Origin: Phaeosaccion multiseriatum
Lineage: Eukaryota; Protista; Ochrophyta, other classes
Direction: 5' to 3'
Assembly (NCBI GenBank): GCA_965112735.1
Contig: OZ218957.1
Location: 1,116,001 to 1,180,000 of the forward strand
Length of the DNA stretch: 64,000 nt
The first letter of the stretch is position 1. Every line of letters begins with the position of its first letter. Shown in pieces: positions 1-11,559 of this stretch. The notes under the pieces were generated by a model that was given only the letters and a program-made list of their open reading frames with translations, searched no databases and was not told the origin of the DNA. A program made the position numbers and the translations under genes.

Positions 1-1493
1 GGATACCATCATCACTAGGCTCCGATCCATGCCTTTGCGTGTGTTTGTGAAGAGTGCGTCTTGGTGGGGAGATGTCATACGCTTTTGTTCATCCTCGCTC
101 CCGCTCTCAATAAAGCAGAAGAGCGAGCCGACCACTCTGCGAGTTCGCGCAGATCTCGAGGATGACAAGGCAGAGGACTTTATTCTCTGTGAGCTGTCAG
201 CCGGGGCAGGAGGGAGGCAATGCGCGCTGACACACAAACTCAGCGTGGTAGACAGCCCAATATTCAACATCACGGGGCCCGGCTCCATTCACTTGACGGG
301 CTACTTTGAGAGAGATCCGTGGGCGGAGGATGAGGAGTCAGAGTATGGAGATGAGGAGGAAGAGGAGGAACAGCAAGTCTATGACGAGGAGTCAGAGGAA
401 GAGAGGGTGGCTGAGGTTTCCAATACTGGAAAAAAGGTGAAAAGACGTCAGCGGGAGGAGGAGGAGGAGGCGGAGGAGGAGGAGGAGGAGGAGGAGGAGG
501 AGGAGGAGGACGCCCATGGCCCAGGGTCATTGTCTGCTTCTCCGCCCAAGAAGAAGAAGCGAAAGCAGCAGCTGTCGGAGAAGGAAAAGCAAGACCAGGA
601 GGAGCTAGTGAAGATGGAAAAGAAGGAGAAAAAGAGGCTGAAGAAGAAAGAGGTGAGGGATGAGGGCCAGACAGAGGCAGGGTCACTGTCTTTGCGTAGA
701 CAAGCGTGTCGAACTGTGAAAGCGTCTCCCCCCGCCCCGCGTGTTTGCCCCTGTGCCGAACCTTAACCCCTAGGCGGCGGAGAAGAAGAAGGCTCTTTCG
801 GATGCCTTCGCTCGGGACGCGGAGGCAGACACTCTGGCGAGAGTCAAGCAGGAAGGCGGCGGCGGCATTGCAGTAGGCGTGCCCCTCAAGAAGCCCATTG
901 AGCGTCGCGCGCCTGGGGGACTCAAGATTACGGTATGTGGCTTGTGTGTCACCGTCCTCTCCTTTGTCAATGAGGCCTGGGCTTCACACGACGCATCGCT
1001 TTCTGACTCTTTTGTCATCCAATTATTTGCTGCCCTTTTCTTTACGCCTTCCGTGCGCTGCCAGGATGTGGTGCTTGGTGGCGGTAAGACCGCAACTGCG
1101 GGGAAGAAAGCGGAGCTCCTGTACGAAGGGTGCTTTCCAGACGGGACAGTGTTCGACAAGAACTGGAACCGCCGCAAGCCCCTCAGCTTCCGCGTAGGTG
1201 AGTCAGAGCGGCAGCTGCTCCGCTGCATGTATTTCATTACAGTACCGCTACCACCGCTCCCCGTGTCTCACACGCAACCCTCGGCCATGTCTGCTCCCCT
1301 CCTACCCGGCGCAGGCATCGGACAGGTGGTGAAAGGCATGGACAGAGGCGTGGAGGGTATGCGCGTCGGGGGCATCCGCGAGCTCTTCATACCCGCTGCT
1401 CTCGGCTACGGGAAGCGGGGCGCGGGACCCATCCCTGCCAACCAGGACTTGGTCTTTAGAATAGAGTTAGTGGCTGTGAGTGGAAGAAAATGA
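1..1493 (+). CDS. Nucleoplasmin-like domain + acidic/basic tracts + FKBP-type PPIase (Fpr3/Fpr4/FKBP53-like histone chaperone); 5' end outside window, spliced
   Basis: NPL-like 'ILCEL...QCAL...FNITGPGSIHLTGY', poly-E and K-rich tracts, then FKBP motifs 'GLKIT|DVVLGGG...YEG..DGTVFDKN...F..G.GQVVKGMDRGVEGMRVGGIRELFIPAALGYGKRGAGPIPANQDLVFRIEL'; GT-AG introns; stop at 1493. Confidence 0.9.
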
Positions 1494-1606
1494 GATGATG
1501 AAAAAGAAGGAGTGTAGGAGTTGGTGATCTGTACTTTTTTCTGTGAGCCGGAAATTCTCTCCAATGGCTTGGCGCTGGTGGCTGGCTGCGCTCTCTGTCG
1601 AAGGCC

Positions 1607-2658
1607 ATGTCCTCCTCCCCCCTTCTCGCTCTGTTTGTCTTGATCACTGCCGTGCTGGCGAGAGCGGCAGCTGCGAGCTCGTCAAGATGGACGCTGAAGG
1701 GCAAGTCTGTCCTCGTGACAGGAGGAACGAAGGTGGGTACAACAAAAATATAACACTCCCATGCAGGCGCGGCGACTCTTACGTTGCTTTGATCAAAATC
1801 CTCTCCTCGTTCTTTCAGGGCATAGGGAGAGCCATCGTGGAGGAGATGGGCGCGATGGGGGCCTCTGTGCTCACTTGCGCCAGAAATGAGGCAGAAATGC
1901 AGGCGGCCCTCAGTGAATGGCAGAGTCAGGGCATGGAAGTGGAGGGTGTCATTGCCGACGTCACGAAGGACGAAGACCGGCAACAACTGCTCGCCAAGGT
2001 CTGTTCTTCAGTGTGGAGTTCCCCCACCCCCTCAACTTGGGAAAACGACTCACCCTGCCCCCTCCTCCACACCCCTTTGATATAGGCCAAGGACCTGTTC
2101 AAAGGCCGCCTCGATGTGCTTGTCAACAACGTAGGGGCCAATATTCGCAAACCCACTGTAGAGTATGATGAAGCGGAGTTCACGCAGCTTTTCCAGGTCA
2201 ACCAGAACAGTTTCTTCTCGCTCACCAAGGGGGCTCATCCGCTGCTGAAGGCTGCGGCGCAAATGGGGGGCCAGGAAGGCACAAACAAGTGCTCCTCGTG
2301 CATAATCAACATTAGTTCAGTGGGCGGGATGGTGCCCATCAAGTCAGGCTCTCCATACGGAATGAATAAAGCGGCCATGAATCACGCCACGCGCTTTTGG
2401 GCGTGCGAGTTTGCCAAGGATCACATTCGAGTGAACTGCGTGTGCCCATGGTATACCGACACTCCCCTAGCTGCGCCTGTGCTTCAGGACAAGGCGAAGC
2501 TAGCGGAAATCATAGACCGAACGCCAATGGGGAGGATAGCAACCGCGGAAGAAGTATCGGGATTGTGTGCATTTTTAGCCATGCCCGCGGCCAGCTACAT
2601 TACTGGGCAGAACATCGCAATCGATGGAGGCTTTACGTGCAATGGTTGGATGAGCTGA
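1607..2658 (+). CDS. Tropinone reductase-like short-chain dehydrogenase/reductase with a predicted N-terminal signal peptide (2 introns)
   Basis: Spliced reading MSSSPLLALFVLITAVLARAAAASSSRWTLKGKSVLVTGGTK|GIGRAIVEE...LVNNVG...SS...YGMNK (YxxxK)...IRVNCVCPWYTDT...RTPMGR...YITGQNIAIDGG. Confidence 0.9.
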
Positions 2659-2869
2659 GGCTCTCTCTCGGCTGCAGATGTATGGTGCCCAACATCCTCT
2701 CCCCAAACCCTTGGCTGGGGTGACTTAAACACGCCATACACCGCGGTGCCTTCTCAGAAAGGTCTGGCGCAGGGCTGGGCGGAGAGAGGGCTCTGTGTCG
2801 AAAGCTCCGCCAGAGAAAGGCGCTGGAGGGGACGAGTTCAGGAGCGACCTCGTCGCTGCTCGCTCACTG

Positions 2870-3010
2870 GGCACAGCAGTAGCAGCTGTAGTAGAGGCAG
2901 CTGCGGGACAGCACCAGCGGCAGCAGTCGTATCAGCAGCCGCAGCAGTCGCAGCAGCAGTTGTATCAGTAGCCGTATCCGCAGCAGCAGCAGTAGTAGCA
3001 GCAGCAATAG
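2870..3010. repeat. Degenerate (GCA/GTA)n trinucleotide tract between convergent genes
   Basis: Runs of gcagcagca/gtagca visible directly. Confidence 0.75.
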
Positions 3011-3064
3011 CGCTACAGCCCTTGGAATATTCGAGAGAAGTCTCTCTCCTACTCGATGAGAGCG

Positions 3065-4428
3065 TCAGGTCACCAGGTCTTCCCTCTTGGCGGCATGTCG
3101 CAGCAGGACTTGTCTCGTGGGCGTGGCCCCCGTCTCGTCGGCGTCGTCCATGAACTGCACACCAACTGTGGCGCTCCCACCCTGCGGGTTTGCGAGGAGC
3201 GTTTTTTTTTTTTTGAGTTTTAACAAGTTTTCTCCCCCAAGACTCAACTGCGAAGCTTGGTCTATTTCCAAGCACACGTACCGCTCCACCTCTGCGAGGC
3301 ATTTGTGTGACAATGGCCCTGTAGAAACTCGTCGTGTCGGGATACACTGCCAAAATCTCCTCTCCCTTGGTAAGCTTGGTCGCTCTTCTTTCCAGCTCGA
3401 TGACTCGAGACTCTGGCAGGTCGTACGTTTTCGAATTGTCGTCCTCGTCCATCACCTGCGAGGAGGAGCACCAGCAGCAGCAGCGGGGCAGACGCCTGCT
3501 TCAATTCCCCGCCCCAGCGAGCACGCACTACAAAATTACCGCCCCACACACTAACCTTGTACTCGCCAATGTCCCGATCGTACTCCAGCACTCGCGCCAG
3601 CACCCATAGATCTTCGGAGGGGTCGGTTTGGATGGCCACCTCTTCTCCGGGCTTGGCCCCAACAGTGTCAAACTCCCCTGTGTGTTGAATTTTGCAATGA
3701 GATCACGCGCACATGTGGCCCACAAAAGGCCTCTGAAATTTCTCACCGGCATCCTTGAGCTTTTCCTCGAAGATTTGGAGGTCCGTCCTGAGGCGATGCA
3801 GGTGCGACTCCACCCCTTGGTACACCTGGTCGGCGATGGCGACCTTTTCTTCCACGATTTGCTGCGCTTTGAGCCTCTTCTCTGCAATGTCCGCCTAATA
3901 GTCACAGACAGAGACAGGTCTCGACGTTAAAGGGAAGAGTTGAGACAACCCTATTTCCTTGCCCTGGAGACTCACCATCGCTGCCTCATCTTGCACCACT
4001 CTCAGTGGCGACATGTCCGCCCCCCCTTCGCCCTGCTCACTGCTCTTCGCTTTGAGCTTCTTCTTGGCCTTGACCAGGAAGGCCTTCTCCGCCTCCGCCA
4101 GCTCACTGCGTTGTCGGGAGACTGACTCTGTGAGGCACTACATTTCGAGCCTTCGATGCAGCTTTGCGGGGCAACTCACTTGACTGAGTCGATGGCCTGC
4201 TTATCAAGCGTCTTCATAAGGTCGAAAGAGCGCTTAATCTCGTTGGGTAGGGATGTCACCCCCTCCATAAAGTCCTGCAAGCACACAGTGTAGCGTTGAA
4301 GGGTGGTAAATCAGTCAGTCAGTCAGTCCTTACCCGCCCCCAATCTCTGTAGCGCCTGTGCATGAAGTCACCTCGATAAACGTGGTCTCATCGCCCCCGG
4401 ACTGCGACGGCCCTCCTCTGTATGCCAT
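3065..4428 (-). CDS. ING N-terminal helical domain fused to an SGF29-type tandem Tudor domain (multi-exon)
   Basis: Exons give MAYRGG..TTFIE|DFMEGVTSLPNEIKRSFDLMKTLDKQ...EEKVAIADQVYQGVESHLHRLRTDLQIFEEKL (ING-N), then LWVLARVLEYDRDIGEYK|VMDEDD...RVIEL...ILAVYPDTTSFYRAIV...VQFMDDADETG (SGF29 Tudor pair). Confidence 0.85.
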
Positions 4429-4646
4429 GTCCTCTGCTCGTTGGTGAGGAGTGGGCGGGCGGGAACTCCACAATCGCTCCGTTAGTTCGGGTTATAGTTG
4501 CGCGGGATTTTTGAAGAAACCGAAGAGTCGTATGGGAAGGCGCCCAAAACTTTCAACTGCTTATACGAGCCTTCAGCTCCTCGGGAGTCCAAAGAAAATG
4601 ACCTGGAAATGGGCGCTCGCTTCTTCCCATTCCATCGATAGCAAGC

Positions 4647-7600
4647 ATGCGAGGGAGGCTCCTCTGGCCCTGTGGTAGCTTTGCATTGATCCATCTTCTC
4701 GCCCTTGCCGGACGTGGAGATGCTCAGGTGACAACAAGTGACCAAGGTCCCCTTTGCTTCCATCTCTTACCATTATCTACGTTACATGCCTCCTACACCA
4801 TGCACCAACCACAGATTGCACCACCTTTTTGGGAGAGAAGGAGGAAAGAGTCTCGCTATGACGAGAGCGACGCTCCCACAGGGGTAAGGGACTGCAAGGG
4901 GATACAAGGGAATGCAGGGAAGAAGAAGGCTTGATGTAGCACAGTAGACTAGATTGAAGGTCCTCGTCCACCCCATACGCCCCTCACTCTCTCTCTCTGT
5001 TTCTGTATCCGCAGGTTCTACCCAATCAGGGAGGGAGGGAATGTGAAGATGCCTGCTTCGCAATCAACCCTTTGGAACCATGCTTCTTTGATACTGCCTG
5101 CGTGAAATCGTGTGGAGATGGAGAAAGTTGTAAGTCGTGCTGCTTGCGAAAGGTCTCCAACATTCATTGTGCCTCTCGCATCTCATTTGTCCCCAGATGA
5201 TGATGCTTTGACCACCTCCCCTGTCTTCTTAACCTCTCTTTTGTGTGGCCATGCTATCCACTGCTAGGCTTCGGATGCAATGCGGCTGGTATTCGACGTG
5301 AGTGTCGATTCTGTGGCTTCTCTCTGTTCAAGGCTTGTCCCGAGGGATCTGCGCCAGCACCAGCCCCGAGCAGTAAGTGCCCCTGTCGGACCTCATACGT
5401 TTCAATACAATCGTAGCTCACCGTCATTCTTTCCCCCTTGCGTCATTTGCAGCAGGGCCACCCATAGCCGTGACAACCCCCGTCCCTGCTACAGCAACGG
5501 TACCCGTACCCACTGAGACACCCTTTCGTCCAACCAGCAGCGACGAGTGCTCGCAGATCTGCCGAGTCACGAACCCAAGAGAGCCCTGTTTTTCGGACGA
5601 TACTTGCCCAGGCAAACTCGGCTGTGGAGCGCTGGTCAGCACAGGAGCTCCAGTCACAGTGACCCTAAAATGCCGCTTCTGTGGTTTCTCTTCGTTCCCT
5701 TCTTGCCCCAAGGAGGTATTGCCGACACCAGCACCAGGTAAACCCTCTGCACTATCCAACTCATCCCTCGACATCACTTCGGCTCACCATGTCCTCCTGG
5801 TTTTCATGGACCATCTGCAGTACCGGAGCAATCTGCAGCTACGCCGACCCCAGCGAGGACTCCTGTACCAGCAGTCCCTACAACAACCACTGCACCAGTA
5901 CCGCCTGCGACTGCAACGCCGGTGCCCACCACTGCTGCTAGCGACGAGTGCTCCCAGATTTGTAGCACCGCCAACCCTAGCGAGCCCTGTTTCACTGATG
6001 ACTCCTGCCCAGGTCTCCTCGGATGTGGAGCACTTGCCAGCACAGGCATTCCCATTGCGACAGCCTTGAAGTGCCGCTTCTGTGGGCAAACTTCGCCGCT
6101 CTTCCCAGCCTGCCCCGATGTGCCCACTGCAACACCGCCCGTGGCAACCCCTGATCCTACGGTGGCACCTACCATGACAACCCCCGAGCCGACGCCTGTA
6201 CCTCTGGTACCTACGACTTCAGCCCCTACACCTGCACCTTTGGTTCCTACGACTTCAGCCCCTACACCTGCACCTCTGGTACCTCCGACTTCTGCCCCTA
6301 TCACTGCAACTGCTACGCCTACGACTGCACCGACCCCAACATTCGCTCCTCTTCCTCCATCGCCAACCGACGCGCCGACTCTGGTGAGTGTGGCTTTGTT
6401 GTTAGGGAGTAGTAGGACCGTTGGATTGATCTGAGTTCGTAACCTACACGAGAGAGAAGCATGTTGAGCTTCTCTGGCTCAGGTGTTGCTTGACGTTTTT
6501 CTTGGGCTTGTACCCTACCTGCCCACCTCTATTTCCCTCCCTACGGTATCTCCTCTTCTTCGCCAAGGGGCACTCAACGCTTTTACGCAAGACTTGCTTC
6601 CTTTGAGTGTGTAATTTTTAATTTTAGTTGCAGACCACCACTCAGCTCCACCCCCCCCCCCGCGCTGTCTTGTGTCCTTGCCTTTGCTCGTACTCCAGGC
6701 ACCAACCTCAACACCGAGCTTGGGACAAACTTTGCTGCTGGACAGCGTGTATGAAGTGGGTTTTCCTATCAAACTCGTAACGTGTTCGATCGATACCATC
6801 ACATTCCGTGACGTGCCCAGCGAAGAACTGCAGTCGTTCGCTATTGGGACGGTATTGTACGCTCCATTAATCGGACTGTCATCAGTCGTGGACGCAGTCA
6901 CCTTTCCCGCACTGGATGTGTCGGAGGCCGAAACGGGTGATGTTGCGTGCACGTGCAATCAGTTTGCACGCGTAGTCACAGGGGCACCTTCACAGCAGCT
7001 GAATGGCCTTACTGTCGTTCCTACGAGAGGAGCGACCTTGGGGGAACTCTTCCGCGCATCGGTCTTGGAAGATGTGCACGGCACAGACTCCATGGTGTCT
7101 TCTCTTCGCGTGGAGGAGGGGAACCCAGGGCTGTGCGCGGCATCCATCCCCGTGCCGTGGGGGGAAGCAGGCATCATCAACGCCTCAGGGAGGGTGCAGC
7201 GACGACTTGACGTCACCGACGTCAGTCAATGTTTGGCCAAGTGGGACCCCCAAAATGGCGGAGCGTGCCCATTCAATGGGAATTGCTCGCCGCTCCAGTG
7301 CTACTTTTGCGGAAACACCGAAGAATGTACGTTCTTTGAGCGTTTAGAGTACTCTTTGTCTTTTCTGCCCTACTCGAACCTCGCTCAACACATCCTTTCT
7401 TGCTCTTGCTCGTGTCACAGGTCTTGAGCCGGGCCCTGGCTTTTTTAATGTTTGTTCGCTCTTCGTTGGTACGTGCTGGAGGAGGTCACGCGTCCGCCTC
7501 AACTCTCTGTCTGTGGTCGGCTCTGACGTAGTGCTTGATTTCCCTCTGTACTCACCCTGCTCTCCATATTCCCCATATACCCTCTCTTCCACTCCACGTA

Positions 7601-10600
7601 CTTGGGGGCTGTACGTCCAGACTTTGTTACTACGGACCTGTCCGTCGTAGACATCAAGGGGCCTTGCTGTGAGCACGACATGTGCTTCTTCACTGCAGAC
7701 ACTGCCGAGCAAACCAAAGTGTGTAGCAATGCATTCATGGACGACGTTTTCTTTGCATGCGGAAATCAGGTAAGATCAGAGACCTCCTCAGGGGGGCGGC
7801 AGCTTTCGGTATCGCTGTTGGGGTCGCGTGTCAGGTCGTATTGCCACCCCTCCCGGTCCTGCTCTCGCCTGTGCTGGAGCTATACCCTGTACTATGGCTG
7901 CTGGAGGCTAACATTAAGTACAGTAGTAGTCGCATCACATGTGCACTCATGGAGACCCCCAACCCCCCTCTCGCCCCCCTTTCCGACTGGCAGTGCGTCG
8001 CACAGTACAAGGGCGATGAGGATGAGGAGGGATTCTTTGAAATTGTGGCCACAAGAGCGTGCATCGGGAGATGCAAAGGGGTGTCGCTGTTAGTTGGCGG
8101 TGTCGTGGTTGGGTTAACGAACGCCGAGAAGGTGGGCCAGGATGATCTTGGGTCTCAAACCAAGTACGAACAGTTGTGTGACTGCGATGCGGACCCTGGC
8201 ACTATTGTCAGTCCAAGCCCAGTGCCTGGATCGTGGGTGCAAGAAACAGGGACTCTCGGCGGCCGCGAGTACACTGTGGTTGGTACGTGTGGGCCTTCGC
8301 CGGGGCCGCCACCTGTACCGCAGACAGCGCAACCTGTCCTTCAGCCGATCGCTCCGCAGCCCGTTGCCGTACCACCATCACCGCCACCACCACCGCCACC
8401 ACCACCACCGACACCGACGCAGACCTTCTGCTGTGGATGCGCAAATGGAAGATGCAACAGCTTTGCGGGTCCGGGTAACGCCATCGGATGCTGGCCCGCC
8501 AGTCAGGATAATTGTGCAACAGATCCACCAACCCCTGAGCCGACCCCTGAGCCAACACCTGAGCCGACGCCGGAACCAACACCTGAGCCGACGCCGGAAC
8601 CAACACCAGAGCCGACCCCTGAGCCAACACCAGAGCCGACCCCTGAGCCAACACCAGAGCCGACGCCGGAACCAACACCAGAGCCGACGCCGGAACCAAC
8701 ACCAGTGCCGACGCCGGAACCAACACCTGAGCCGACGCCGGAACCAACCCCTCAGCCCTCTCCCCAACCCACCCCGCGACCTTCGCCACAACCGACGTCG
8801 GAGCCTCCTCCACCGCCTCCTCCCCCACCACCACCTTGTTGTGGTTCCACGAGCGGAGGAGGTCGAGGCGATCCGCACATAGATACTTTCGATGGGCTCG
8901 CTTGGGACTGTCAGGTTACAGGCGAAGTGTGGTGGATGAAGGCGTCGGGTCCTTCCAACTTCAGCGTTCAAGTGCGACAGAGCCCCCAGAACGCGCTCTC
9001 CTTTGGGTCTTTTTCGTATCCAACCGGCGTTGCGGCCACTGAGGATGGCGCCGCGGTTGTCGAGCTGCGCGGTGGACAGGTAGCGACAACTGCGGGCTAC
9101 AGCGTGTTCGTCGACGGTGAAGAGCGTCAGGAGCCTTTCGTGGACGGCGTTCGGGTGATAAACGTCGATGGCGTGGAGATCAAGGACACGAAACACGAAG
9201 TTCGGGAGTCGCGAAGAACAACCACCCTCTCGTTCGCGTCTGGGGTAGTTTTGTCTTACTCCCCATATCTCTTGTTTGGCTTAGTGAACATTATTGTTCC
9301 TGACTCCTTCCGCAACAGCACGACGGGAGTCCTTGGCGACTTCAATGGCAACCCCGCAGACGATCTCATGGTAAGGAAAGCCCAACCAATCTGCAGTTTT
9401 ATCGTAGAGATCAACACAAATTGTATCGAAGCTACTTCTACCCACACCATCTCACCTACATGAATGGCTCAACCAGGTAAACGGAGCAGAGGAGGCTTTC
9501 CTAGAAGCACAAAAAGACCGCACGTCTAGGCAGCGTGAGCTTGAGTACACAGTGTGCGCCTCCTGGTGCACATCAGCCGAAGATTCGCTCTTTACATACG
9601 ACGCGGAAGGCGAGAGCCATGCTTCTTACGACTTCTGTGACGTGCCATGGATGGCCTTCTCTGCGGGGTTTTCGCCAGAGATTCGATCATTCTGTTGCGG
9701 AGAGTGGACGTGCATGGTGGACCTTGCTTTGACTGGTTTGCTCGAGCTGGCGTTGGAGAACCGTGTGTACGCTGAGTCTGGGACGCGGCGTCACGCGCTG
9801 ACGCAGGTTTGGTGGAAGTTCGGGAAAGGGGTCGACTGGGTGAACAACGAGGGCTGGCCCACGAGTGATCCTTGCTCATTCGATTGGTTTGGTGTCGACT
9901 GCACGACCAACTCGGTGTGTGCCAGCGATTTGGACCCCCTTTACACCCTCAACTCGATCAGGCTGGCCGCCAACGGACTGGCGGGCTCTGTGGCAGGCCT
10001 CGTTCCGGATCTTGCAGACCTCCCTCTCGTGGACGTGGATTTGAGCGATAACACTATCAGTGGTGAGCTTCCGGAAGAGCTGGCGAGTGCGCGTTGGACT
10101 GGGTCATTCCAGCTCGAAGACAATAATGTGTCTGGACCCATTCCTGCGGCGTTTGGAAGCGCCTCTTTCTCCGAGCTCCGTTTGGACGGAAACCTTTTGG
10201 AAGGAGCCATCCCTATCGAGTGGTGCACCAGAACTGATATTGTACTCAGCTTGCAGAGGCTTTCTGCCCCAACCAATCGCTTGTGCATGCCCGACGGCTG
10301 TGGGGCCGATGATGTCGGTGGAGTTGGACGTGTCTGCTCGACGATTGCCCGCGACGTTGAGATTCTCTTGCAAGTCTACGATGCTGCAGGAGGGGACGGA
10401 TGGACTTCGTCTGGAGAGGACTGGGTGGAGCAGGGCTTCCCATGCCTCGCTGCTTGGAGTGGGGTGCAGTGTGCGTTTTTCAACGGGCAGATTGGCAAGA
10501 TAGACTTGTCTGTGCAGAACTTGGTGGGCACGCTCTCTGCAGTGGTGACGCCCCTTTTGCAGCTGGACACTCTGAAGGAGTTGGATTTGAGCGGTAACAG

Positions 10601-11504
10601 TATCAGTGGTGAGCTTCCGGAAGGGCTGGCCACTATGCCTTCATTGACTGGGTCGATTGATTTGCAAGAAAATTCTCTTTCTGGATCTCTTCCTGTGGTC
10701 TACGCAAGCGCCCCTTTCTCCGAGCTCCGTTTAGACGGAAACTCCTTGGAGGGGCCTATCCCTGCGGCGTTTGGAAGCGCGCCTTTCTCCGAGCTCCGTT
10801 TGGACGGAAACCTTTTGGAAGGAGCCATCCCTATCGAGTGGTGCACCAGAACCGACATTGTACTCAGCTTGCAGAGGCTTTCTGCCCCAACCAATCGCTT
10901 GTGCATGCCCGACGGCTGTGGGGCCGATGATGTCGGTGGAGTTGGACGTGTCTGCTCGACGATTGCCCGCGACGTTGAGATTCTCTTGCAAGTCTACGAT
11001 GCTGCAGGAGGGGACGGATGGACTTCGTCTGGAGAGGACTGGGTGGAGCAGGGCTTCCCATGCCTCGCTGCTTGGAGTGGGGTGCAGTGTGCGTTTTTCA
11101 ACGGGCAGATTGGCAAGATAGACTTGTCTGTGCAGAACTTGGTGGGCACGCTCTCTGCAGTGGTGACGCCCCTTTTGCAGCTGGACACTCTGAAGGAGTT
11201 GGATTTGAGCGATAACAGTATCAGTGGTGAGCTTCCGGAAGAGCTGGCGAGTGCGCGTTGGACTGAGTTATATCTCGAAGAGAATATTGTGTCTGGACCC
11301 ATTCCTGCGGCGTTTGGAAGCGCGCCTTTCTCCGAGCTCCGTTTGGACGGAAACCTTTTGGAAGGAGCCATCCCTATCGAGTGGTGCACCAGAACCGACA
11401 TTGTACTCAGCTTGCAGAGGCTTTCTGCCCCAACCAATCGCTTGTGCATGCCCGACGGCTGTGGGGCAGATGATGTGGGCGGAGTCACCCAGGTCTGTGT
11501 GTAG
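4647..11504 (+). CDS. Large secreted mosaic protein: signal peptide, 3 Cys-rich 'CRFCG' modules, Pro/Thr linkers, PLA2-like module, (PEPT)n stalk, VWD domain, repeated LRR cassettes
   Basis: [27 protein letters not shown] splices in phase to an exon at ~5014. EPCF.D..C..GC.A.G..CRFCG occurs 3 times; CCEHDMCF; [13 protein letters not shown]...[16 protein letters not shown] (VWD); plant-type LRRs LxxNxLxGxIP with LRRNT caps (W..GVxC). Compatible splice phases were found at the junctions checked. Confidence 0.75.
8530..8760 (+). repeat. 12-bp coding minisatellite encoding (TPEP)n
   Basis: About 18 copies of ACM CCT/CCG GAR CCR-type units. Confidence 0.9.
10140..11490 (+). repeat. Near-identical intragenic tandem duplication of the LRR cassette (offsets 618 and 543 bp)
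   Basis: 'tttggacggaaaccttttgg' at 10181, 10799 and 11342; peptide [42 protein letters not shown] occurs three times. Confidence 0.95.
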
Positions 11505-11559
11505 ACCATCAGCAATAAATGTGGTTTCTCACATCATAATATTATTCATAGGTGTGATA

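Noticed and set aside
2838-3064. Ala/Thr-rich C-terminal extension of the SGF29 ORF
   Set aside because: It arises from reading through an intron. The spliced Tudor frame stops at 3065, so the GCA tract is probably UTR.
7757-7995. Apparent separate gene start with a hydrophobic 'signal' ([23 protein letters not shown]...)
   Set aside because: The region lies in a GT-AG intron (cag|gtaag at ~7770 to tggcag| at ~7993) that joins the upstream exon in phase.
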